Shown one piece after another: positions 28,310-37,892 of a stretch of DNA of 64,000 nt. Location: the NCBI GenBank assembly GCA_963708295.1, contig CAVPSJ010000004.1, positions 1,088,001-1,152,000 on the forward strand, given 5' to 3'. The DNA comes from an uncultured delta proteobacterium. GTDB taxonomy: Bacteria; Desulfobacterota; BSN033; UBA1163. Numbering within the stretch: position 1 is the first letter of the stretch; every line of letters starts with the position of its first letter. Below the pieces are notes generated by a model, which saw only the letters and a program-made list of their open reading frames with translations, was not told where the DNA came from and did not search any database. The translations under genes were made by a program, and so were the position numbers.

Positions 28310-29824
28310 ATGAAAAAGGAATGGATCCTTTGTTTCATTACGGTCCTCCTGATACTCGGGACCACTCAGGTCAGTTTCTCAAAAGAACCAGTCAAGCTTT
28401 ATTTCTTCTATTCTGAAGAGAGCGGAGGGCTGAAGGTCCAAGAAGGATTCATTACGCCTCTTTCAAAGAAGTACCCCCTCGAGATCCAATCTTTTTCCTT
28501 AAACAAATTGGACAATTATGACCTGCTTGGCAAATTCGAAAAAGAATTGAAACAGGAGGATAACGAACTTCCTGTCGTTATTATCGGGAATAAAATCTTG
28601 GGGGGGGAGGCTAAGATTCGAAAAGATCTGGAGGGATGGGTCAAATCCTATGCTGAAAAAGGAGGAATTGACTGGCCCTCCCTTCAAGTGACGAAGACGG
28701 ACCGGTGGATCCCTCATGCCCCTACAGAGGAGGAAAAACGTTCTCAAACGATCGTGTATGGCGCTTTTTTCTATACCCATGGATGCCTTCACTGTGAAGG
28801 GGTGAAGGCAAAGTTAGGGGAGTGGGCCCCAAAGTTTCCTGATTTGCGAATAGGAACCTTCGACATGTCGAAGGAGGAGAATAAAAGGATAGGTGAGGCT
28901 CTTTTTGAAATCTATAAGGTTCCAGCCCGCCGACTGGGGGAGATTGTTCAACTCTATATCGGGGAAGACTACCTTTCGGGAGATGAGTTTCGTCATGAGG
29001 ATTTTGAAAAAATGGTCTCAAAATATCAGGGGAAGGGCGCTCCTCCCCCCTGGGAGAAGGTGACCCAAGAGGCTTTGATGAAAGGGGAGGAGAAGATCAT
29101 CGATCGATTCAAGAAATTTAGCCTCGGGGCTGTGTTGATCGCAGGCCTGATCGATGGTCTCAACCCCTGCGCCTTCGCCACAATTGTCTTTCTGGTTTCC
29201 TACCTGTCTTTCTTGGGCAAACAGACTAAAGAGATTCTCACATACGGTCTCATCTTCACTTCTGGCGTCTTTATCGCTTACATCCTAGCCGGAATGGGAC
29301 TCATGGCGGGTTTCCGCCAGTTGAGCGGTTTCCCCCTGATTACCAAGGGGATCTATCTCGTCATCGGCACGTTTGCAATCGTACTTGGAATCATCAGCTT
29401 TTATGACTATATTCTATTCAGGCGGGGCCAGATTGCAAAAATGAAGCTTCAGCTTCCCATGGCGCTGAAGAAAAAGATCCACGGAATTATCCGAATACAA
29501 ACCCGATCCCCCAAAGCGGGTTTTATAGGAACATTCGCTCTCGGATTCATCATCGCAGCTACGGAAGTGGTCTGTACCGGGCAGGTGTACCTCCCCACCA
29601 TCGGATATATCATGACAGTCCCCGAATTGAGGGTGAATGCCTTTTTGAATCTCATCCTCTATAACATCATGTTTATTATCCCGCTGATGGGCATTTTTGT
29701 GGCGGCCTTTTTCGGAGTGACTTCGGAAAGGATGGCACTGGTGACAAAAGAGCGCACAGGAACGGTCAAACTTCTAACGGCCATTCTGTTCATTTGCCTG
29801 GGACTATTTCTTTTCATTTTTTAG
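28310..29824 (+). CDS. Thioredoxin-like periplasmic domains + CcdA/DsbD-type membrane domain
   Basis: FFYTHGCLHC; GLIDGLNPCAF; EVVCTGQVYLP; multi-TM C-terminus. Confidence 0.8.
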   Translation: MKKEWILCFITVLLILGTTQVSFSKEPVKLYFFYSEESGGLKVQEGFITPLSKKYPLEIQSFSLNKLDNYDLLGKFEKELKQEDNELPVVIIGNKILGGEAKIRKDLEGWVKSYAEKGGIDWPSLQVTKTDRWIPHAPTEEEKRSQTIVYGAFFYTHGCLHCEGVKAKLGEWAPKFPDLRIGTFDMSKEENKRIGEALFEIYKVPARRLGEIVQLYIGEDYLSGDEFRHEDFEKMVSKYQGKGAPPPWEKVTQEALMKGEEKIIDRFKKFSLGAVLIAGLIDGLNPCAFATIVFLVSYLSFLGKQTKEILTYGLIFTSGVFIAYILAGMGLMAGFRQLSGFPLITKGIYLVIGTFAIVLGIISFYDYILFRRGQIAKMKLQLPMALKKKIHGIIRIQTRSPKAGFIGTFALGFIIAATEVVCTGQVYLPTIGYIMTVPELRVNAFLNLILYNIMFIIPLMGIFVAAFFGVTSERMALVTKERTGTVKLLTAILFICLGLFLFIF

Positions 29825-29932
29825 TGAAACACTATCGAAGAGTTAGTCAAGAGGATTCGTGTCATCGGCCGCACCTTATATTTTCTCGTGAGATTGAAGT
29901 TCTGACTGCTGCTTGTAGAGAAAGAAAAAAAT

Positions 29933-30448
29933 ATGGTTCCGCAAATCAAGAAGATACTTTTCGCAACCGATCTCAGCAAGAACTCTGCTTATGCCTTCTA
30001 TTACGCGGTCCATATGGCAAGAAGAGACGACGCAAAGATTGTGATTTTGCATGCGGTCGAACCTCTTCCTCATATGCCGGTAACTTTTGGAGATTTCTCG
30101 CATCAGGTTTTGAAGGACCGCTGGGATGAGACCGTTAAGAAATTTAAGGAGCGAATACAGGATATTTCCGTAAAAGTAGATGCTCGAACGGGCATTTCAT
30201 CGGTTGACCTGGTATCCAATATCCTGATTCGGCCGGGTAACCCTGTGGAAGAAATCTTAAAGGTGGCAGACGAAGAGGGTTGCGACGTGATCGTTCTCGG
30301 AACCCACGGCAAGGGATTTTTGAAACAGACCTTGCTGGGGAGCGTGTCCAGTTCGGTCCTTATTCGAACCCAGAAACCAGTATTTGTGATACCGCTCCCA
30401 TCTAAAAATACCAACTTTGATTTGAACGTAGGGGAGGACTTCGTATGA
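29933..30448 (+). CDS. Universal stress protein
   Basis: KKILFATDLS...DVIVLGTHGKG...LLGSVSSSV. Confidence 0.92.
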   Translation: MVPQIKKILFATDLSKNSAYAFYYAVHMARRDDAKIVILHAVEPLPHMPVTFGDFSHQVLKDRWDETVKKFKERIQDISVKVDARTGISSVDLVSNILIRPGNPVEEILKVADEEGCDVIVLGTHGKGFLKQTLLGSVSSSVLIRTQKPVFVIPLPSKNTNFDLNVGEDFV

Positions 30449-31092
30449 AAAAGATTTTGATGATGATTATCTTCGTATTTTTTCTTTTCGGCTGTGCAGG
30501 GATCCCTGTCCGACCCGCACTTCAAGAAAATATCAATATTTCTCCGGGGAAGGTTGAGGGAAATCAATTCACTGGTATTCGATACACCTTTAATGTCTCC
30601 GTTCCTGCCCATTGGAAGGTCACGACAGAATTCCCTGATTTCCTGGAAAAACTGGGTTACGACAGACCTTTTTCGACGGATAAGGAACAGACGGAACTAT
30701 ATGCGTATAATCCCGAAACGAAATCAAATATCAACTTCGATTTCACGCCGACAGGTCGGTATGCAAGATTCAACCAGAAAAAGATCGAAATTCTAACTTC
30801 TATGGCAACGGAAAGTATGAAAGCTGAACTAGATAAAGAGTTTGGGAAGGGTGTTGTTAAACCGGACGTGTATCCCACAGAACCGATATCCTTAAAGGGT
30901 GTCCAATATGCTGCAAAAAAATATGCAACCTATACGGCAAAAGGACAGAAACGGGAACAGGGATGGATTTATGGATTTACAGAACCCTATCAAATTTTTA
31001 TCATTTACTCGATATTCGAAAAGGAGGGGGCCAGCGACCGTCAGGATCTGAAAAAGATTCTTGACTCTTTTGAGTACATAACAAAGAAATGA
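30445..31092 (+). CDS. Lipoprotein of unknown function
   Basis: Lipobox FLFGC. Confidence 0.75.
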   Translation: MKKILMMIIFVFFLFGCAGIPVRPALQENINISPGKVEGNQFTGIRYTFNVSVPAHWKVTTEFPDFLEKLGYDRPFSTDKEQTELYAYNPETKSNINFDFTPTGRYARFNQKKIEILTSMATESMKAELDKEFGKGVVKPDVYPTEPISLKGVQYAAKKYATYTAKGQKREQGWIYGFTEPYQIFIIYSIFEKEGASDRQDLKKILDSFEYITKK

Positions 31093-31248
31093 CGAGGGTC
31101 GGAGACGAGGACGATCAATTGGATAGGGTTAGCTAAACACATGGGTTTAGATACTCCTCGCAGGGGGTTAAGTTTTTAATCCTGATGCGTAGGAGTTATC
31201 AAAAAGCAGGATCTGATTCCGGCCTGGAGTGAGCCTAAAAACCTTATC

Positions 31249-31300
31249 AAAACGGTGCAACTTTTCTTGCATCGTCAACTTCTCTGCCAAAACGCAATTT
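31249..31300 (+). repeat. Dispersed ~50-bp repeat, copy A
   Basis: ggtgcaacttttcttgcatcgtcaacttctctgccaaaacgcaattt; similar sequences at 32208, 43048 and 51142(-). Confidence 0.8.
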
Positions 31301-31387
31301 ACCCTAGGTGCCTTTCCATTCGAAAATTTTGTCAAGCATTTTTTAGTGTTGGCCGAATGCGGAATTTCTGGCCAATGAAGAAAGAAA

Positions 31388-31433
31388 TTGACCAATGTGC
31401 AATCATTTAGTATCATTAAAATGACATCACATT
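31388..31433 (+). promoter_or_regulatory. sigma70 promoter with inverted-repeat operator of the TA pair
   Basis: TTGACC-17 bp-TATCAT; AATGTGCAATCATT and AATGACATCACATT form an imperfect inverted repeat. Confidence 0.65.
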
Positions 31434-31452
31434 GTGCATCTGGAGGACGATC

Positions 31453-31710
31453 ATGAAGACCATCACGATTCGCGGTATTGAGCCCGGGCTGGACCGGGTG
31501 ATCAAGTCCCGAGCAAAGCAGAACAACCTGAGCGTGAATCAGTGGATCCTGCAGGCGCTGAAAAAAGTGACCGGTATGGGGAAAGAGCCGGTGTTCAAGA
31601 AGCACCATGATCTGGATGCCCTGGCTGGCGGATGGAGCAAGGAAGAAGCGAAAGCTTTTCAGAAAAACACTCAAATCTTCGAGAAGATCGATGAGGATGT
31701 CTGGAAATGA
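31453..31710 (+). CDS. Ribbon-helix-helix (FitA-like) antitoxin
   Basis: MKTITIRGIE...SVNQWIL...DLDALAGGWS. Confidence 0.85.
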   Translation: MKTITIRGIEPGLDRVIKSRAKQNNLSVNQWILQALKKVTGMGKEPVFKKHHDLDALAGGWSKEEAKAFQKNTQIFEKIDEDVWK

Positions 31711-32107
31711 GACGGATCGCGATTGATACGAACATTTACACCTCTTTCAAGTGCAATGACCAAAGTGTTGTTGACACGTTCAGAGATTGCGACTGTATCG
31801 GGGTGGACTTAACGGTCATCGCTGAGCTCTTTTCCGGGTTTTCCCTCGGCGGTAAGGAAAAGAAGAAACCGCGCAGGAACTGGAAGCGTTCCTCAATTCT
31901 CCCCGGGTTGAAATACTCCTGCATGATCTCGAAACGGCAGATTACTATGCTTTGATTGTTAAAAGATTAAAGGCCAAAGGTCGACCCATTCCCACAAACG
32001 ATATCTGGATTGCCGCCAATGCCATGAAGCATGGCTTGGCTCTCTATTCATTCGACGTCCATTTCGAAGAGATCGAAGGCCTGCTGTTGCTAACTGCCAA
32101 GAGTTAA
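31707..32107 (+). CDS. vapC: PIN-domain (VapC) toxin, frameshift near 31865
   Basis: IAIDTNIY; second frame gives KGRPIPTNDIWIAA...YSFDVHF. Confidence 0.85.
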
Positions 32108-32207
32108 ATCGGGTAGAGAATGGTTTCTCTCAATCCTGATAATGTGGTAAGACATCGAGGAAGACGCTATCCCGTTTGCTCTCCTGTTGTCCCACATGCT
32201 TCCGTAG

Positions 32208-32256
32208 AAGGGTGCAACCTTTTTTGATCGTCAACTTCTCTGCCAAAACCTAATTC
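32208..32256 (+). repeat. Dispersed ~50-bp repeat, copy B
   Basis: ggtgcaacc, T run, gatcgtcaacttctctgccaaaacctaatt. Confidence 0.8.
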
Positions 32257-32350
32257 ATTGATCTGAATAGCCATGGCAAAACAATATTAATGTCATGTCA
32301 ACTCTTGTTGCCTCTTAATAATGGATGCGAGAACCGCCCTCAAGATAAAG

Positions 32351-32381
32351 AAAGGCAGAGCTGCTTCTGGCTCTGCCTTTC
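32351..32381. terminator. Bidirectional terminator-like hairpin downstream of ecotin
   Basis: AAAGGCAGAGC-tgcttctg-GCTCTGCCTTT. Confidence 0.7.
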
Positions 32382-32451
32382 ATCTTTAACAATACGGGCG
32401 TTGTGCACCATGCCTTTGTTCGCCGATTATCTTTCTGTGCGGTCACCCGGA

Positions 32452-32928
32452 TCAACCCGCTTCAATCACTTTTACATCCGGCCCGGCGCTCCATACCCGA
32501 TATCGTACTTCAACACCTTCGGGCGCATACACCACGATGGGCAAACGGCTGTTGTAACGGATAAGGTAGGGTTCGCCGCCAAGCGTGACAAACCGGTTCA
32601 CTTTCGGCGTCTCCGGATTGATCGCCATCCGTGTGCCAGCCATCGGCCCCAGCTTGCTTATATTGTAGCGCGGGAATCCCCAGCCCCTGATCGTTTTCTC
32701 CTCGATCTTGCCGCCGAAAAAGTATCTGTTCTTTTCGTCAACCTGGACGGTCTTACCGACGATCAGTTCCACCTTGAAAGCGGATTCGTCGTCCTCTTTC
32801 GGGAGCTGTAGGACATGTCGAACCGTTCCCTCCTCAGCTGGTGGAAACGCCATCATGTAGTCAGCCGCTTGGACAGATAACATTGCAGAGAGAAACGCGA
32901 GGGCAGTGATAAGACAAACTTTTTTCAT
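32452..32928 (-). CDS. eco: Ecotin-family serine protease inhibitor
   Basis: Signal peptide; FKVELIVGK, TIRGWGF, GTRMA, RYNSRLPIVVYAPEGVEVRYRVW. Confidence 0.92.
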   Translation of the reverse strand: MKKVCLITALAFLSAMLSVQAADYMMAFPPAEEGTVRHVLQLPKEDDESAFKVELIVGKTVQVDEKNRYFFGGKIEEKTIRGWGFPRYNISKLGPMAGTRMAINPETPKVNRFVTLGGEPYLIRYNSRLPIVVYAPEGVEVRYRVWSAGPDVKVIEAG

Positions 32929-33324
32929 ATTCTCTCCTTTTGCCGAACGATTTGCGTAACCTGTGCGGGCAGTCACCAATGCCAAAACCTTACGCTGCTA
33001 GTCCGCGTCAGGTTGTGGCGTCGCTGTTCACTTCTGAGTTATCGTCATTCCCCCGGTCAAAACAGAGATTTTAGGTCAGGCTCTCTTTGTAACTAATCTA
33101 TAAATGACAAATAACCATGCGCTGCCAAGAATTCAAGCAATGTGAGATCCGGATAGGGCAGAAAGCCAAAACTCGATTTCAGGAGTCCTCAGAAAGGGGC
33201 TCGCGGGCTTTATCTACTCATTCTCAATAGCCAGATGACGTAGGAGTTGATGATTATCGAAAGAAATAAAAAAAGGCAGGACCTCACTGATCCTGCCTTC
33301 CCTCTTTGACTACGGAATAGAAGC

Positions 33325-33570
33325 TTAACTCTTGATGTTTATTGAATGGTGAGACAGATTACGCCAAAGAATTCCATCTGCAGGATTATCTATTGCGATC
33401 GGCTTGAAAAATATGTCTTTGCCATCGATATCATCACCCAGGAGCATTCTCCCCCACCTGATGACAGATTCCTTTGTTGTTCTCGTTGGGTTCTTTCTTC
33501 TCTCCGGGAGAATCCCGATTAACTCGTAGCCTTTTTCCTTATGGAATGTGTATAGCTCGTAAACCAACAT
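33325..33570 (-). CDS. Small hypothetical protein
   Basis: YELIGILPERRKNP.R.T.ESV..WG; followed by terminator-like hairpin at ~33273-33299. Confidence 0.6.
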   Translation of the reverse strand: MLVYELYTFHKEKGYELIGILPERRKNPTRTTKESVIRWGRMLLGDDIDGKDIFFKPIAIDNPADGILWRNLSHHSINIKS

Positions 33571-33699
33571 AAGCGAATATGAGCCTGATAGTGTTATTAC
33601 CTAAATTCGCTCCTCAACTTCTTCCGCGGTGCGTTTTTAACCGTAATCAGAACTCCCTTGTGCAGATCCTTCGAATTTTGTAGGCTTCTCAACCGCCCC

Positions 33700-33912
33700 T
33701 CAAGCCGATCGCCGAACGACCTCCTCTTTCTCCTCTGGATTCTTTTCAAAGAAGTCCTTCCATACCCGGTCCATTTCCTCTCTCATTTCCTGCATTGCAC
33801 GCAAAAACGCAACGTGTCGTTTCAATGTGTTGTTCTTCATCGCTAACCTCACTTTTCCTTTGTCCTCGTCAAGACCTATCGTGATACGTCGCCCTAGCTT
33901 TTTATCAGCCAT
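33700..33912 (-). CDS. Small hypothetical protein resembling an Hsp20 N-terminal segment
   Basis: MQEMREEMDRVWKDFFE; no alpha-crystallin domain follows. Confidence 0.45.
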   Translation of the reverse strand: MADKKLGRRITIGLDEDKGKVRLAMKNNTLKRHVAFLRAMQEMREEMDRVWKDFFEKNPEEKEEVVRRSA

Positions 33913-34361
33913 AAGGTTGGTGATTAATGAACCTTAATGAATAAAAGCGATGAATGATGATGAACTATCATATACCTTCTAAGAAGAAAGGTCAAGAGAT
34001 ATTTCTGAGATGTTTACTATTAATCTTATTGATTTGCATCTTAAGTACGGCTAGTTAGCTATTTCTAGGGAAATGAAATGGAAGAGATTCGGGTGTCACC
34101 CGAGTTTCAAAGAGGTTCGATGAAAAAATGGCCGAGTATATAATGTTGAGACTGCAGGCGGAGGAGATTAATGACAGAATATCAAAGGTCAAGAGCCGAG
34201 TCCAATTTCGTCACCTGAATTGAGAAATGAACCTACCTATTTTCAATAGCGAAGTGATCTGGGATCTGATGATTCCCGAAGGAAATAAATAAAAAAGCAA
34301 TTTCTGGTTCCTGCCTTACTTTCCTGCAATCAGGTGTTGATTTATTTCCTAAATTTCTTCT

Positions 34362-34562
34362 CTAATCCTGGAAGAGCGATAGGGTCTGAATGGATAGCCT
34401 CTTTTCGGCACATGATTGAATTGAATTAGTCAATGAGGCTTGTTTTTTCGGCTTCATCTGTTTTTCACGGCAGATGATAAGCAGGTATCCGCACACTTCA
34501 TCCACTGTTACCGCAAGTCCACAAACACCGCATTTGTAAACAGGGCCCTTCTTTACAACCAC
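34362..34562 (-). CDS. Small Cys-rich desulforedoxin-like protein, possibly degenerate
   Basis: KKGPVYKCGVCGLAVTV...IC...MKP. Confidence 0.5.
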   Translation of the reverse strand: MVVKKGPVYKCGVCGLAVTVDEVCGYLLIICREKQMKPKKQASLTNSIQSCAEKRLSIQTLSLFQD

Positions 34563-34578
34563 CTCCTCTCCTATTTAT

Positions 34579-36294
34579 CTATCTTGGTATCACCGGGAGG
34601 ACGATATGGGAGGGATGCTGACGGTCGTGATAGATGCGGTCTTTCCCATACTTCAGCCCGTAGTGGTGGGCGCTGTCAAACATCCATGAGTCGCCGTTGG
34701 AGAAGTCAATGCGTATCCGATGCCCCTTGCGGAACAGGTTGCTCGTAGGCATTACCTCGATCTCGTACGGGTAGATCTTGCCGGGTTCGATCGGCTCTGG
34801 GTTCTCGTGGATGTGCCACGGCCTGTAGCTCATCGATCGGGCAGGGTCCGTTCTCCGGTGAGAAGCCTTTAGCCATCCCCAGGTGAGCATCCTGGCCTTG
34901 GGCGGATAGCCTTTCAGCTGTTCGGCATCGGGGGCCTGATCGACGACCCTCACGTAGAAGTCGGCATCCTTCTCGCTGGAAGAAGCGAAGAGCGTCATCT
35001 TGATTGGCCCGGTAACCTCCAAATCCTCTTCGAGCGGTCCGCTGGTGAAAGTCAGGATCCCGGCGGTGGGGTGGAGCATTCCGTTCACCCTGGTCGCAGT
35101 CCCGCCGCCCCTCCAGTTCATCCAGCTCTGGTTGGGATACTCAAACTCGAAATAGCTCTCTTCCGCGGTCGGTGCCTCGCGGGAGAGCCCGCCGTCGTTC
35201 AAGGACAGCGCGGCTCCTGCCTTGCCCGGCTGCAGGTAGAAGGGAGTGTAATGGGTCCTGGCGAGCGGCCATTCGTTCTCGGCCCTGTACCCCTCGTCGC
35301 TGTTCCTGACGAAGAGCTTTACGGGTGGCTCGTTCATGATTCCCGTGTCGATGCCCTTAAGCCAGTGATCGTACCAGCGCAACAGCTCGATTCGCATCTC
35401 CTGAGATTCGAAGATGAACATCTCCTGGCCGACGTAGTCCCCGTGGCACACCAGCAGCTTCTTCGGGGCTTCGATCTCCTCGAAAGCGACGATATTGCCC
35501 CGGAGATGGAGAGCCGCCTTATGCCATATTCCTATGCTGTAGACAGGGCACCTGATCTTCTTGAAATCGGGGGTCCTCTCCTTCCAGAAGGCGTCGTAGG
35601 CGGGGTGACGCAGCACCTCGTAAACCATGTCCCACTTCATGGTATCCGGTTTCAGCGGGTCCTGTGGAAACGGGCCCGGAATGTCCATCAGTCGTTGCGC
35701 CCGCATGTTGAAGTGCCACCAGGTCACGAAGCTCATGTTCAGCAGGCCGCCGTGGAACACCACGTCTCGGTACATGTCCGCGCCGCCGTCGAAGGGAACA
35801 ATGGTGGCCAAGTGGGGAGGCTGCATCGCCGCGGCGAACCACTGGACCCAGGCGTAATAGGACTCCCCGATCATCCCAACTTTGCTCGTGCACCATTCCT
35901 GCTGCGCCATCCACTCGACCAGGTCGTAATGGTCCCGCTGCTCCTCGATACTATGGAACCTCCACATCCCTTCCGAGACGCCGGAGCCTCGGATGTCGGC
36001 GTGGACGTAGACGTACCCTCTCTCGACGAACCACTCGATCTGGTTGGTCTCGCGCTCGTGAAAAGCGGGTACGGAGGGCAGATAAACCAGGTTTTTCTGA
36101 TAAGGGGAGGAAGCATAAAGGGCAGGAAACCTCCCGGGTGCATCGGGGCGAAAGACATCCACGGCAACGGTCACTCCATCCCGCATTCTTACAAGAACGT
36201 CTTTCTCAACTTTGACTCCATACTTCGGCTGGCTCAATTTATCCTCTGGAAAATTTTTGGAAAGAAAAGATGACATGAGCGTATCCCCTTTCAT
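34579..36294 (-). CDS. CocE/NonD-family alpha/beta hydrolase
   Basis: MRDGVTVAVDVFRP, RGYVYVHADIRGSG, VGMIGESYY nucleophile elbow, C-terminal FRKGHRIRI. Confidence 0.92.
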   Translation of the reverse strand: MKGDTLMSSFLSKNFPEDKLSQPKYGVKVEKDVLVRMRDGVTVAVDVFRPDAPGRFPALYASSPYQKNLVYLPSVPAFHERETNQIEWFVERGYVYVHADIRGSGVSEGMWRFHSIEEQRDHYDLVEWMAQQEWCTSKVGMIGESYYAWVQWFAAAMQPPHLATIVPFDGGADMYRDVVFHGGLLNMSFVTWWHFNMRAQRLMDIPGPFPQDPLKPDTMKWDMVYEVLRHPAYDAFWKERTPDFKKIRCPVYSIGIWHKAALHLRGNIVAFEEIEAPKKLLVCHGDYVGQEMFIFESQEMRIELLRWYDHWLKGIDTGIMNEPPVKLFVRNSDEGYRAENEWPLARTHYTPFYLQPGKAGAALSLNDGGLSREAPTAEESYFEFEYPNQSWMNWRGGGTATRVNGMLHPTAGILTFTSGPLEEDLEVTGPIKMTLFASSSEKDADFYVRVVDQAPDAEQLKGYPPKARMLTWGWLKASHRRTDPARSMSYRPWHIHENPEPIEPGKIYPYEIEVMPTSNLFRKGHRIRIDFSNGDSWMFDSAHHYGLKYGKDRIYHDRQHPSHIVLPVIPR

Positions 36295-36388
36295 TCTTTC
36301 ATCATGGGGCGGTCACAACGGCGCCGGAAATTGGATTCCGGCCCCCGCAACTCATTTCCCGATGGTTACCCGTTTCGGGCAAATTTCT

Positions 36389-37120
36389 CTACTCTTTTTG
36401 GCTATGTTGCTTTCCGAGATACGCGGCTGTTACCAACTCGCTGTTAGCAAGTTGTTCGCAATCTCCCTGAAGGGCGATCCTGCCATTTTGCATGACGTAT
36501 CCCCGGTCAGCCACCTCCAGAGCCACACGGACGTTCTGCTCAACGAGCAGAATCGTCAGACCCTGCTGACGGAGGGTTTCAACGGTCTTGAAGATCTCCT
36601 TAATGATCATTGGTGCAAGGCCGAGGGACGGCTCGTCCGTCAGAAGAAGTTTCGGTCGTCCCATCAACGCCCGGCCGATGGCAAGCATCTGCTGTTCGCC
36701 GCCCGAGAGAGTACCTGCAAGCTGGGTTTTCCGCTCCCGGAGCCTCGGGAAGAGTGTAAAAGTCTTCTCCATCTCGCTTTCAATCTCCGGACGGGCGACG
36801 CGGCCGACGTAGGAATAACTGCCCAGTTTCAGATTCTCCAGCACCGTCAGAGTCTGGAAGATCTGCTTGCCTTCAGGGACATGGCAGACCCCGCGTCGAA
36901 CCATTTGATGGGGGGGAAATCCCGTAACATCGGACCCGAAGAGAGACACCTTGCCTCGCGTCGGGAAAACCACCCCGGATATACAGCCGAGAAGGGTTGA
37001 CTTGCCTGCGCCGTTGGCCCCGAGGAGACAAACGACCCCGCCTTCATTCACCTGGATGGCGATGTCGCGCAGCACCTCCGTCCGTCCGTAGCTCGCGTGG
37101 AGGGCCTCCACCTTAAGCAT
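36389..37120 (-). CDS. livF: HAAT-family ABC transporter ATPase
   Basis: GANGAGKST; LSGGEQQMLAIGRAL; DEPSLGLAP; LLVEQN. Confidence 0.92.
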   Translation of the reverse strand: MLKVEALHASYGRTEVLRDIAIQVNEGGVVCLLGANGAGKSTLLGCISGVVFPTRGKVSLFGSDVTGFPPHQMVRRGVCHVPEGKQIFQTLTVLENLKLGSYSYVGRVARPEIESEMEKTFTLFPRLRERKTQLAGTLSGGEQQMLAIGRALMGRPKLLLTDEPSLGLAPMIIKEIFKTVETLRQQGLTILLVEQNVRVALEVADRGYVMQNGRIALQGDCEQLANSELVTAAYLGKQHSQKE

Positions 37121-37892
37121 CGCCGGCCTCCCCCAGGTAAGCGGAGATTACGGTCTGGAGGTTCCTGACTTCGTGGGCGCTTCCCTCCGCCAGCTTCTCT
37201 CCGTAATTGAGGACCACGATCTCATCGCTGACACTCATCACCAGATCCATATTATGTTCAACGAGCAGGATGGAGAGACCTTCGGCCGTGAGCTTCCTCA
37301 GCAACGCCCCCAGCCTCGCTCGTTCGGCATCGTTGAGACCTGCGGCGGGTTCGTCCAGAAGCAGCAGCTTCGGCTTCGCTGCTAAAGCGCGTGCCATCTC
37401 AAGAAGCCTTTGCTCGCCCACCGGGAGGGCACCTGCCGGCATGCTGGCCCGATGTCCAAGACCGACGAAGTCGACCTGTGATTTGGCCATTTCCATGATC
37501 TGCCTTTCCTTCGCGCGCGCTCCGGGCAGACGCATGGCTGCCTGCAGCGTGCCGAGATGGGCCCACCGGTGGCAGCCGGCCATAACATTTTCCAGCACGG
37601 TCATCTCCTGAAAAATACGGAGCAGCTGGAAGGTACGGCCGATGTTGAGGCGGGCCGTTTGATGGAGGGGGAGGCCCGTAATCAGCTTTCCCTCAAAAAG
37701 GATCTCCCCCGAGGTGACAGGCAGTGCGCCCGTGATAAGATTGATACACGTGGTTTTGCCCGCCCCGTTCGGTCCGATCAACCCCTTCAACTGGCCCGGC
37801 ATAACAGTGAAGCTCAGGTTCTGAACAGCAGGGAGACCGCCGAAATTTTTGCTCACACGGTCGACTTCGAGAATGGGTGTCCCCTGGCTCAT
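37113..37892 (-). CDS. livG: HAAT-family ABC transporter ATPase
   Basis: GLIGPNGAGKTT; RTFQ; LLDEPAAGL; LVEHNM; likely start MSQG at 37892. Confidence 0.92.
   Translation of the reverse strand: MSQGTPILEVDRVSKNFGGLPAVQNLSFTVMPGQLKGLIGPNGAGKTTCINLITGALPVTSGEILFEGKLITGLPLHQTARLNIGRTFQLLRIFQEMTVLENVMAGCHRWAHLGTLQAAMRLPGARAKERQIMEMAKSQVDFVGLGHRASMPAGALPVGEQRLLEMARALAAKPKLLLLDEPAAGLNDAERARLGALLRKLTAEGLSILLVEHNMDLVMSVSDEIVVLNYGEKLAEGSAHEVRNLQTVISAYLGEAGDA

Noticed and set aside
32968-32985. sigma54 promoter for ecotin (TTGGCATTGGTGACTGC)
   Set aside because: GG-to-GC spacing is 11 rather than the required 10
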